A stretch of DNA of 43,486 nucleotides, from positions 1-43,486 of the IMG/VR virus record IMGVR_UViG_3300035105_000308; one strand, written 5' to 3'. The stretch comes from a virus. Taxonomy: Duplodnaviria; Caudoviricetes. Positions 1 to 8,372 of this stretch are shown here, piece after piece; the first letter of the stretch is position 1, and each line of letters opens with the position of its first letter. A program made the position numbers and the translations under genes. The notes under the pieces were generated by a model. The model ran no database searches. It worked only from the letters and a program-made list of their open reading frames with translations, and had not been told where the DNA came from.

Positions 1-171
1 AATTATCAAGTGGTAAATAACATGGGAAATGTGTTTTATAATAAAGGCAACATAGAAAAAGCCCTGCATTTTTTTGAAAGATCTTTAATCCTGAACCCAA
101 ATCAACCCGGATTAAGAGAAGTAGTTGAAAAACTAAAAAAGGAGTTGGGTCAGAAGCAAAAAACAGAATAG
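1..171 (+). CDS. 3' end of host TPR-repeat protein (partial)
   Basis: Frame 1 reads NYQVVNNMGNVFYNKGNIEKALHFFERSLILNPNQ...KTE*, which fits the TPR consensus (G, A, F, P spacing). Confidence 0.75.
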   Translation, partial: NYQVVNNMGNVFYNKGNIEKALHFFERSLILNPNQPGLREVVEKLKKELGQKQKTE

Positions 172-747
172 GGTCAGGGCTGTACATTGTACAAAGCCTT
201 GACAAGAAGCCAACACGCAACGACACACCCGCGCCCTGGGGCACATGCTCTTAAACCACGGGGTCAGGCCTCGAAACAAATTGGCGTGTAGCGAAACGGT
301 ACCTATAATCGTTAGAGGCCACTCTCGAATCGATAAAACGTTGATCTGGCGCCCATATTTGCCGTATAAGCGACGATCTTTCTTAAGTAATGGTGTTTGA
401 CCGGTGAAAAGCGGAAAGTTTTATACCCTAAAATCCATTTCGTACTATCCGACCTTAAAATAAAAGAATCCCTGAAGATCAGTATGTTTTTAAAAAAGTT
501 AGCGGGAGATCTTAAGAAATAACGATCTCCGTTCGGTGACTTAGACCTTTTTCAGCTTATGAGCGTGAAAGACCGTATTCGAATAAGCACGGGCGCGCAG
601 ATAGAAAAGGTCAGGGACCCGAGGAGAATAAACAGACCTCTTGTAACGTAGCAGAAACATTATCGGTTTAATTTCCGCTTTTTTCATCAACGTCCGTACC
701 CGAAAGTTTAGAAGTTAAGGGACTCAAAGAACAAAAAACAGACGTTT

Positions 748-775
748 TGTTAATCACCGGAACATTATCGGACGC
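748..775 (-). repeat. Inverted dif-like site
   Basis: Reverse complement GCGTCCGATAA TGTTCC GGTGATTAACA; XerC arm 10/11 identical to attL/attR. Confidence 0.6.
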
Positions 776-803
776 AAAGAGCGTATTTTGGCATTTCTCT
801 TCA

Positions 804-831
804 ACGTCCGATAATGTATGATTAGTAAAAT
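804..831 (+). other. attL: dif-like site with degenerate XerD arm
   Basis: ACGTCCGATAA TGTATG ATTAGTAAAAT; XerC arm and spacer identical to the right site, XerD arm 6/11 identical. Confidence 0.85.
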
Positions 832-890
832 AAACAGATAGTTGTATGTAGGTTAAACATTTATCGGTAGTTAGATTAAACCTTTTTGTT

Positions 891-931
891 AACCCTTGTT
901 TGATGCAAATGCATCAGACAGGGGTTTTTTT
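891..931 (+). terminator. Intrinsic terminator-like hairpin
   Basis: AACCCTTGTTTGATGC-AAAT-GCATCAGACAGGGGTT stem (two G-U pairs) followed by a T run. Confidence 0.6.
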
Positions 932-1008
932 AGGCACACAGCGAAGAGGGTATACCCTGCCCGATGCGCCTCGTGAGAACGAGGTCCTTTGCTGTGTGCC
1001 TTTTTTTT
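932..1008 (+). promoter_or_regulatory. Structured leader (three-way junction) ending in T8; attenuator or ncRNA candidate
   Basis: 15-bp outer stem 932-946/987-1001, inner hairpins AGGG-TATA-CCCT and CCTCGT-GAGA-ACGAGG, directly upstream of RBS GGGAGG. Confidence 0.5.
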
Positions 1009-1021
1009 ATGGGAGGTTTAT

Positions 1022-1441
1022 ATGTTACGGGATGTTTTTTTCGGGATCGTAGTTTTGGGGTTTTTGAGTTTTTCTTCGTTAGTATCCGCGCAACAAACAA
1101 TTCCTATCGATCTACCTGCGAGCGAGATATCAATCATCAACGACGTTGCGGACCAGTATGGACTGGAGGGTGACGCTCGACTTCTTCTTTTTATAATCCG
1201 GAAAATTGAAAATGGCCGTCCTGGATACGCCGAGTTTGGAGTTTTACATCCGCGGGCTATCGGGCGGGGGTTCAGGGTGCAGTGCGAATGGGCTGCCGGC
1301 ACACTCAGAAAGCGATACAACGGTGATTTACAGGCTTTCGCTGAGCGCTGGTGTCCGTCCGACGCGCACCCTTTGAACCGAAACTGGTACACGAACGCTA
1401 TGTTTTATATGAAAAAGTGGGGAGCGTATGCCGGAAGTTAA
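1022..1441 (+). CDS. Secreted lysozyme/lytic transglycosylase-like protein
   Basis: RBS GGGAGG; signal peptide ending VSA-Q; SLT-like pattern VADQYGL...LLLFIIRKIENG...FG. Confidence 0.5.
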   Translation: MLRDVFFGIVVLGFLSFSSLVSAQQTIPIDLPASEISIINDVADQYGLEGDARLLLFIIRKIENGRPGYAEFGVLHPRAIGRGFRVQCEWAAGTLRKRYNGDLQAFAERWCPSDAHPLNRNWYTNAMFYMKKWGAYAGS

Positions 1442-2378
1442 ACCCCAACTGCATCAGTCACATTTGAGCTGTTTATATCGCTGTGGGGAGCAGTTTTATC
1501 GCATATATATTTGCGGGGAAAAAGAACCACCTGGCGTTGCTTTACTCGTCGGATCCGCTACGCACGAATCAGTGCAGAAAAATCTTATAAATAAAGTTGA
1601 GAAAGGATCCTTGCTGCCGGATGAGGCTGTCGGGGATTTTGCCCGGGACGCTTTTCTCCAGAGGTGGAGTGAAGGCTCTGTGCTTTTGGACAAGGACCAG
1701 CGATCTCTTGGGTTGAAAGCTGTCCAGGGGAAGGGCATAGATGAGGCTGTCAGGCTATCCCTTCTACATCATAGGGAGCTGGCTCCGGCTTTGAGGCCAC
1801 GTCCGGACGGGATTGAGAGGCCCTGGGTGCTTAAGTGCAAAGGGTATCCGTTCGATATTGCCGGACAGATAGACGTTCAGGAGGAGTATTTGATAAAGGG
1901 GCCGAAGGACGTTGTCTATTCTGCTATCCGCGACACGAAAACGCGAACAGTGGCTCCACCGCGTAACTGGGCGGACACTTCCGAGGCGATGACGCTCTAT
2001 GCTATGGCCGTCAAGGTTATAGACGGACGGATTCCTGACGAGATCTGGCTTGATTGCCTTATTAAAGGTGAAAGGCCGAGGCTTATATCCCTGCCAAGCA
2101 AACGAACGGAAGTTGATTTTATTGTCGCAAAAAACAGGTTTGAACGAGCTTGCGAGATCATAGAAAAAGGCGCTTTCACGCCTGCCAGCCGATCAGACTG
2201 GTGGTGTAGTGAGAAATTCTGCGGTTTCGCAGCGAATGGATCCTGTCGATTTTTTAATAAAGGTAATGGACCAAAAATACCAGTAAAAGTCAAAAAACAA
2301 GAAGGAGGTCGTTATGGTCGAGAGAAAGGAACAATCATCCCTGCCGGTTCAGAGCGCTGGTGGAACGCAATCCGTTGA
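1428..2378 (+). CDS. PD-(D/E)XK (RecB/Cas4-like) exonuclease
   Basis: GSATH, GQIDV, IRDTKT motifs; N-terminal Cys plus C-terminal WCSEKFCGF...C cluster. Confidence 0.75.
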   Translation: MPEVKPQLHQSHLSCLYRCGEQFYRIYICGEKEPPGVALLVGSATHESVQKNLINKVEKGSLLPDEAVGDFARDAFLQRWSEGSVLLDKDQRSLGLKAVQGKGIDEAVRLSLLHHRELAPALRPRPDGIERPWVLKCKGYPFDIAGQIDVQEEYLIKGPKDVVYSAIRDTKTRTVAPPRNWADTSEAMTLYAMAVKVIDGRIPDEIWLDCLIKGERPRLISLPSKRTEVDFIVAKNRFERACEIIEKGAFTPASRSDWWCSEKFCGFAANGSCRFFNKGNGPKIPVKVKKQEGGRYGREKGTIIPAGSERWWNAIR

Positions 2379-3318
2379 GACGGGGAGCGTAGTCAAGGCT
2401 TTCAGCTCGGAGGAACAGAAGCTGTCTATGGAGCTGGCATCCACGCAGGTGGCAGCGTCAGCGAAGGCTGAGGTGGAGGCTGCGTATGTTATGGCAATGC
2501 ATAACCGCAGGAATGAGGACGATGCCCGGGCAAAGATACTCAATCGGTGCAAAAACCTGATATTTGCGGAATCGGCGAAGTACAGCAAGCCTGTCGGGGG
2601 ATCGAAGATCACGGGTCTTTCCGTGAGGTTCGCGGAAGAGATGATCCGGCTCTGGGGTAATATCAAAACCCTACAGAACGTCATCTATGAGGATAACCTC
2701 AAACGGGTCATAAAAGTGACCGTCATCGATCTCGAGGCGAACTCATCGTATTCCTCTGAGATAACCATACAGAAGATCGTTGAAAGAAAGAACTCGTCCG
2801 GACGTGATGTCGTGGACGAGCGTGTCAACTCTTATGGTCAGAAAGTGTTTATCGTTGTGGCCACGGAGGATGAAATGCAGACGAAGGCGGGCGCTTTGGT
2901 ATCCAAGCTGATAAGGAATAACGGGCTCAAGCTTATCCCTGCGCATATCAAGCAGGAGGCGCTTGACGTCATAGAGAAAACCGTGCGGTCAGGAATAGAC
3001 GCGGATCCGGACGCTCATAAAAGAAAAATGGTTGACGGGTTCGCCAATATCGGCGTTAAGGCGTCAGATCTCGAGAGGTTTCTCGGGCATTCGCTGGATT
3101 CCGTATCCCCGAAAGAAGTGCAGGAGCTCAGGGACGTATATAACTCCATAAAGGACGGCGAATCTACCTGGGCGGAATACCTCAAAAAAGGAGCGGAGAA
3201 GGATCCCGAATCCGGGGATCTCTTTGAGGGAGGCGACGCGTCAACTCACACTCATCCCGGCGAGGCGTTTTCGGAGCAGGGCGGTAAAAAGAAAACGTCG
3301 AAAGGGGAGAGTAAGTAG
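2314..3318 (+). CDS. Putative single-strand annealing/recombination protein
   Basis: Coupled to the exonuclease; conserved phage-type motif YSKPVGG..I.GLSVRFAE....WGNI; low-complexity tail. Confidence 0.5.
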   Translation: MVERKEQSSLPVQSAGGTQSVETGSVVKAFSSEEQKLSMELASTQVAASAKAEVEAAYVMAMHNRRNEDDARAKILNRCKNLIFAESAKYSKPVGGSKITGLSVRFAEEMIRLWGNIKTLQNVIYEDNLKRVIKVTVIDLEANSSYSSEITIQKIVERKNSSGRDVVDERVNSYGQKVFIVVATEDEMQTKAGALVSKLIRNNGLKLIPAHIKQEALDVIEKTVRSGIDADPDAHKRKMVDGFANIGVKASDLERFLGHSLDSVSPKEVQELRDVYNSIKDGESTWAEYLKKGAEKDPESGDLFEGGDASTHTHPGEAFSEQGGKKKTSKGESK

Positions 3319-3774
3319 TGGAGCATACGATCCGTTTCATTGTCAAGGGCCATCCCAAACCGAAAGGAAGCAGGACCGCTTTCCGGCACAAGTATACCGG
3401 GAAAGTCGTGACCATAGAGTCGAGCAAGGGATGTAAACCGTGGATGAATACGGTCGCTATTTACGCTCAGCTTTACGCTCCAAAGACCGGCCCGTGGAAA
3501 GGCGAGGTCGAATTAAACGTGATCTTCTGGATGCCAAAACCGAAAAGCCACCCGAAGAAGAAGTACGTTACGTCCTGATGTAGACAAGCTTATGCGCGCT
3601 ATTCAGGACGCTTTGACGGGGATATTCTATGCCGACGACAGCCAGGTAACAAGTGGATATCGGCGCAAGGCTTACGCGGACGCTCCGGGGATCGAGGTCG
3701 AGATCATAAATGTGGATAAATATAGAGAAATTGAGGAGGCGGAGAAAAATGACGGAAGAAAAGAAAGTAAATAA
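3318..3774 (+). pseudogene. rusA: RusA-like Holliday junction resolvase, frameshifted near 3570
   Basis: N-half G.PKPKGS...GEVEL..IF.MPKPKS stops at 3578; the catalytic RPDVDKLMRAIQDALTG..Y.DDSQV continues in another frame. Confidence 0.8.
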
Positions 3775-4519
3775 CGAGCTCATCAGCCTATCCCCGAGTA
3801 AACTCAGCGTTTTGGTTGAGTGTCCTCGGTGCTTTTGGCTGCAGATGAACGCAAAAATAAAAAGACCGCGCGGTCCGTTCCCATCGTTACCCGGAGGAAT
3901 AGACCGTAAATTAAAGCCCTACTTCGATATGTACAGGGCAAAAGGTCAGATGCCACCGGAGTTTGAGGGGAAGTTGCCGGGCGTGCTTTTTCACGACCAG
4001 GCGCTACTCAGCAGATGGCGCAATTGGAGATCTGGCCTGTATTACAGGGACGAGGTTTTAAACGTGGAGATGGTCACGGCATTGGACGACCTTCTGGTCC
4101 TGGTGGAAGACGATCCGGATTCCGATGTAGGGAAAAAGAACGTTTATGTGCCTTTTGATTACAAGACTAAGGGGGGAGTTCCGAAGACGAACGGTGCTGA
4201 GTTTTATCAGACTCAGCTTAACTGTTACGAATTGGCGCTGAAAGCTAACGGATACGACACTTGCGGGAAAGGGGTACTTGCATATGTGTACCCAGAGGAT
4301 CTGGAACGCATCGACGATATGGTGCGACGTGTTGTGCCGTTTGATTTCGGGGTTGATGTCTACGAACTCCCCACCTCTATTGACGACGCAAAAGCGTTAA
4401 TTGAGAGGGCGTGTACTGTCCTGCGGGGACCGGCTCCGGCCTCGAATGCCGGGTGTGAGTATTGCAAGTATGCGTTTGAGTACGCTGAGTTCGAGGAGGC
4501 TGATAACGATGACAGATAA
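3749..4519 (+). CDS. Second PD-(D/E)XK nuclease
   Basis: LSPSKL....ECPRCFW, LDDL, FDYKT, QL..Y, CEYC. Confidence 0.75.
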   Translation: MTEEKKVNNELISLSPSKLSVLVECPRCFWLQMNAKIKRPRGPFPSLPGGIDRKLKPYFDMYRAKGQMPPEFEGKLPGVLFHDQALLSRWRNWRSGLYYRDEVLNVEMVTALDDLLVLVEDDPDSDVGKKNVYVPFDYKTKGGVPKTNGAEFYQTQLNCYELALKANGYDTCGKGVLAYVYPEDLERIDDMVRRVVPFDFGVDVYELPTSIDDAKALIERACTVLRGPAPASNAGCEYCKYAFEYAEFEEADNDDR

Positions 4520-5804
4520 AAACTACCAAATAATCGAGCTTAAAGCCGAGAACGTGCTTAACCTCAAGGCCGTCAGGATCCGTCCGGAGGGCAAATCCGT
4601 CGTTTTAACGGGCGATAATGAGGCGGGTAAGTCTAACGTCCTGAACGCTATATTTATGGCTCTGGCGGGCGACAAAGCGCCTGTACCCATAAGAAAAGGC
4701 GAGGAACGTGGTGAGGTCGTTGTTGATCTTGGGGATATCCTGGTCAAAAAAGTCTATACCCAGAAAGGCGAGAGGCTTGAGGTCATGAATGCTGAGGGGG
4801 CAAAGTTCGCAAGTCCGCAGACCTTGCTCAATAACATCCTGGGCAGGCTTACGTTTAACCCTATAGAGTTCGCGGAACTATCAAAAAATCCGGAAGGCAG
4901 ACGCCGTCAAAGGCAGATACTTGTGGATATGCTCGGGCTGGATTTCGAGCAGAGTGACGCAAAAATTGAGGAGCTTAAACAGCAGAGAGCCGAAAAACGC
5001 AAGGCTTTCAAACAGGCGGAAGCACTCCTGGGCGAGATGGATGCTCCGGAGGGAGGGTTGCCGGATGAGGAGCTGTCCTTGAGGGCCGAACTTGAAAAGG
5101 TCGAGGCGCTTGAGGCCAAGCAGGAGGCTTATCTGGACGCCGTTGCAGAGAGGGATAATCACCAGGCGGAGATCGAGGATAAAAAGGCGCATATCGTTGA
5201 GCTTGAGAAAATGCTCACGGAGGCCAGAGAGGATCTGGTGCGTTTGCAGACAGCGTCTATCCCTGTTCCGGACGAGGTAACCCCGGAACAGGTCCTTGAG
5301 GCAAAGGAAAAACTGGGAGAGATCGAGCAAACAAACAAGCTGGTCCGGCAGGCAAAACGCTACCGGGAACTGCAACAAGTATGCGAGGACACGGAAACTG
5401 AGATCTACGGGTTTGAAACGGAGATGTCTATTCTCCAGGCTGAGAAAAACCGAGCGTTGGCTGAGGCAAAATTCCCGGTTGAAGGGCTCGGGTTTGATGA
5501 GGAGAACGTCACGTTCAATAGTCTACCTTTCAGCCAGCAGTCAACGGCCAGGCAGCTTATTCTCTCCACGGCTATATGTATGGAGCTTAATCCTAAGCTC
5601 CGTGTGATATTGCTCCGGGACGCGTCTGTGGTGAGCACCGGGAACCTGAGGGCAATATGTGAAATGGCCGAAAAGAACGGATACCAGGTCTGGATTGAGC
5701 GTGTGGACGATTCCGGGAAGGTTGGATTCTATATTGAGGATGGTGAGGTTAAAGCCATAGACGGCAAGGAGGTGAAAAATGACGATGTTAATGACGCACA
5801 ATAA
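4509..5804 (+). CDS. SbcC/SMC-like coiled-coil ATPase
   Basis: Walker A GDNEAGKS, long coiled coil, C-terminal signature-like and Walker B-like (VILLRDAS) segments. Confidence 0.75.
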   Translation: MTDKNYQIIELKAENVLNLKAVRIRPEGKSVVLTGDNEAGKSNVLNAIFMALAGDKAPVPIRKGEERGEVVVDLGDILVKKVYTQKGERLEVMNAEGAKFASPQTLLNNILGRLTFNPIEFAELSKNPEGRRRQRQILVDMLGLDFEQSDAKIEELKQQRAEKRKAFKQAEALLGEMDAPEGGLPDEELSLRAELEKVEALEAKQEAYLDAVAERDNHQAEIEDKKAHIVELEKMLTEAREDLVRLQTASIPVPDEVTPEQVLEAKEKLGEIEQTNKLVRQAKRYRELQQVCEDTETEIYGFETEMSILQAEKNRALAEAKFPVEGLGFDEENVTFNSLPFSQQSTARQLILSTAICMELNPKLRVILLRDASVVSTGNLRAICEMAEKNGYQVWIERVDDSGKVGFYIEDGEVKAIDGKEVKNDDVNDAQ

Positions 5805-6060
5805 CTCGTTTTTATCTTCACGCGAAACCGAAAAATATAACCGCAGGCAGATGATCCTGGATTGTTACGGCAGTCAGGCTCTTACGGATAGAGAGGTCAG
5901 GGATATGTGCGGGTTCAGCGACATGAACTCTGTCCGGCCTCGTATAACGGAGCTTGTGGAGGAAGGGTTCCTGGTCGAGGGGCCGTCGGTGAAGGACGCT
6001 CTTACAGGCAGGACGGTAAGAACGACGAGCAAGAAAGTCCAGACGGACCTGTTTGAATAG
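5779..6060 (+). CDS. Small winged-HTH protein
   Basis: LTDREV...SVRPRITELVEEGFL pattern; RBS AGGAGG. Confidence 0.6.
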   Translation: MTMLMTHNNSFLSSRETEKYNRRQMILDCYGSQALTDREVRDMCGFSDMNSVRPRITELVEEGFLVEGPSVKDALTGRTVRTTSKKVQTDLFE

Positions 6061-6093
6061 CGGAGAAAACAAGAAAGAAGGAGGTCGCTAAAA

Positions 6094-6375
6094 ATGGAGA
6101 ACACAAAAACAAAGAAATACTTATTGAAAAAGGAGCCAAAGCAGGGAGAGTTCGAAGGGCTGCCACCGAAGGACGATCTTGTAAAGGCTGCGGAAAACTA
6201 TCTTTGCGGGATGCAGGAACTGCAAATCTGTAAGGAGCAGGTCGACAAGGACCGGGAGGAGCTTGTTGCAGCCTTCCAGAAAGACGGCCGGGATAAGCTG
6301 AAAATCGACGGCAAGTGGGTATCGTATCAGCACGTTGAAAAAGACCAGATTCGGGTTGAAAAGCCGAAGGGGTAA
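6094..6375 (+). CDS. Hypothetical phage protein
   Basis: RBS GGAGG; operon position. Confidence 0.6.
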   Translation: MENTKTKKYLLKKEPKQGEFEGLPPKDDLVKAAENYLCGMQELQICKEQVDKDREELVAAFQKDGRDKLKIDGKWVSYQHVEKDQIRVEKPKG

Positions 6376-6376
6376 C

Positions 6377-6961
6377 ATGGAAAAAGAAAACAATGATATT
6401 TTTTCAATAGTGTCTTTAAGACCGGAAGTTTGCCCTTTGGGGTCGCATAAAAGTTTTCATTGTGAATGGTACGTTAATAATTCAAATGAAACCTGTGAAA
6501 TAAAAAAGGAAAAAAGTTACCTCAATTGCCCCGCTTTTTCGGCATGGTTTTGGTTTAAAGTCGCAGCCGAGGCTGGAAAACCAGTAAATGAAAGTGAGCT
6601 ACCACAAGAAACTGTTCAGCGTATTTTTGGAAAAGGAAAGATTGAAGGTTTTGATAGCGGGTGGGAGAAAGGACACACTCGTGGCTTTTTTGAAGGTTAC
6701 AAATCAGGTGTAGTGCTGATGATGAAGGCTGCTATCTTGGAGCTTAGAAAGTTTCCAGACGAAATGAAGGAGGATGTAAAAGCAAGCAAAGAAGATATAA
6801 AACACCTTTTAAGTTGGATTGAGAATATCTATCTAACTTATCGGCCAGACAATAAAAAGTCTATTTTTAATCCAGATCAAATAAACCAAAATGACAGCGT
6901 TTCCAAACTATTGGAAGAATATGATCGGAGGATAAATGGAGGAAAAGGTGATAGAGGTTAA
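6377..6961 (+). CDS. Hypothetical protein (Cys-containing N-terminus, AT-rich)
   Basis: Long ORF coupled to its neighbours. Confidence 0.55.
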   Translation: MEKENNDIFSIVSLRPEVCPLGSHKSFHCEWYVNNSNETCEIKKEKSYLNCPAFSAWFWFKVAAEAGKPVNESELPQETVQRIFGKGKIEGFDSGWEKGHTRGFFEGYKSGVVLMMKAAILELRKFPDEMKEDVKASKEDIKHLLSWIENIYLTYRPDNKKSIFNPDQINQNDSVSKLLEEYDRRINGGKGDRG

Positions 6962-7196
6962 CGCCTGGGATGGAAAAGCTGTTATACGCCATGTCCGGGA
7001 TATATCGGAGAAGTTAAACGAGGAGTTGAGTATGAGTCGTAAAAACAGAGAGCTTAAAAAAATGAGGAAGGCCGTTCGGAGAGAAAAGGAGAAAGTTGCC
7101 GGATCCGTGGTTGACGATTTCCGGATATTTATCAATGAACTGCCTTTCAAAAAGAGGCTGAGTTTAGCCTGGAGGATATTATGGAAAACGTATTGA
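6936..7196 (+). CDS. Hypothetical protein
   Basis: RBS GGAGG; overlap coupling. Confidence 0.55.
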   Translation: MEEKVIEVNAWDGKAVIRHVRDISEKLNEELSMSRKNRELKKMRKAVRREKEKVAGSVVDDFRIFINELPFKKRLSLAWRILWKTY

Positions 7197-7333
7197 AAGA
7201 CCTAATCAAGCGCGTTGAAAGGATCGAGGCGATATTGAGTGATTATCGTGTATGTAACTGTTGCGGGTGCGTTTATCACGATTCCTATGTCCGTCAGCAG
7301 AAGTGTCCAGCGTGCGGTGAGGGGGTGAGCTGA
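7181..7333 (+). CDS. Small Zn-ribbon protein (50 aa, not in ORF track)
   Basis: RBS GGAGG; MENVLK...CNCCG...KCPACG*; TGATG overlap with next gene. Confidence 0.65.
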   Translation: MENVLKDLIKRVERIEAILSDYRVCNCCGCVYHDSYVRQQKCPACGEGVS

Positions 7334-7647
7334 TGAATATCAGAGGACTTAGTGTTTCGAGAAGTGTTTTTGTCGACGGCAAATATTTAAACCCGGGGCC
7401 AAGTCAGGCGATACGAAATCATTCCCCGGACGGATTTAACTGGGGTTATAGCGGTTCCGGTCCGGCTCAGCTTGCGCTCGCCTTGTGCCTGTACGGCTCC
7501 GAAAAGTACAACATCCTGCAAATAAAGGTTCTTCCGTGGTATCAGACTTTTAAAAGCGAGATCGTGGCCGGGCTGCCGAAGGGAGATTTCGAGATAACAA
7601 TCGACTTTATGGAATGGCTAAGATCGCACAGCACGGAGGTTATTTAA
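7333..7647 (+). CDS. DUF6166-like protein
   Basis: NHSPDGFNWGYSGSGPAQLALAL signature. Confidence 0.7.
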   Translation: MNIRGLSVSRSVFVDGKYLNPGPSQAIRNHSPDGFNWGYSGSGPAQLALALCLYGSEKYNILQIKVLPWYQTFKSEIVAGLPKGDFEITIDFMEWLRSHSTEVI

Positions 7648-8372
7648 TGGAAAGCCATAATGCTATAAATATGGAAAACTGGACCATTCTGTGCCCTGGG
7701 CCATCGTTGAATAGCGTTGTCGGTATGAAAGGTTGGTTTGCCGAACATCGTGACGAGGTCGGCGTAATTGCTGTTAATGGAGCGATATTGCATCTTCCTT
7801 TTGCAATAGACTATTGGGCGGTAGTGGATCCAGAAGTTTTCACAACGGTATCTAAACTGATGGACCTGGAGAACTTATCATCGGCCGTCAAAATCTGGAC
7901 ATACTGGGGGTTTGAGGATATGGGCCGATCTCATGACGGGGCCCGCTGGGACGACAACGTCTTGTCGCTTGCGCAGAAGTTCGAGAAGGAAGTCTGGCAC
8001 AGGCCGGAGAACCCGGACGACATAAAAGAGCAGTATCCCGAGTCTATCGTGCCGTTCAAAACGCCAGAAGTTGAGATCCCCTGGAACGAGTTTACCGTAT
8101 TTACGGCAATATCTCTTGCTATCAAAAAGGGTGCACGCTCAATCACCCTTTATGGGGCGGACATGGCCGGGGAAGGTTACTTCAAATCCGGGCTTACAAA
8201 CTGGCGGATGAACCATAAAGAGAACCGGTGGTTCCGTGAGAGGCATTACATGAACCACATAATATGCGCGTGCGCAAGTCGGGGAATAAAAATCGACGTT
8301 TTTCAGGTCATAAAACCGGAAAAGGAAGAAAAGAAAAAGGAGAAAAATGGAAGCCGTATTAACAAAGCCTGA
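7647..8372 (+). CDS. Maf/DUF115 (sialyltransferase-like fold) protein
   Basis: ILCPGPSL, IAVN, DYW...D, AISLAIKKGARSITLYGADM motifs. Confidence 0.6.
   Translation: MESHNAINMENWTILCPGPSLNSVVGMKGWFAEHRDEVGVIAVNGAILHLPFAIDYWAVVDPEVFTTVSKLMDLENLSSAVKIWTYWGFEDMGRSHDGARWDDNVLSLAQKFEKEVWHRPENPDDIKEQYPESIVPFKTPEVEIPWNEFTVFTAISLAIKKGARSITLYGADMAGEGYFKSGLTNWRMNHKENRWFRERHYMNHIICACASRGIKIDVFQVIKPEKEEKKKEKNGSRINKA

Noticed and set aside
170-275. REP-like GGGTCAGG palindromes after the TPR gene
   Set aside because: Only two short imperfect copies and no associated transposase; cannot be supported
932-1001. Hammerhead ribozyme (GAAG and CCGAUG resemble core motifs)
   Set aside because: The order of stems and core segments does not match the CUGANGA/GAAA/UH topology
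1428-4519. CRISPR-Cas (Cas4) locus
   Set aside because: No cas1/cas2 or array; context is phage recombination
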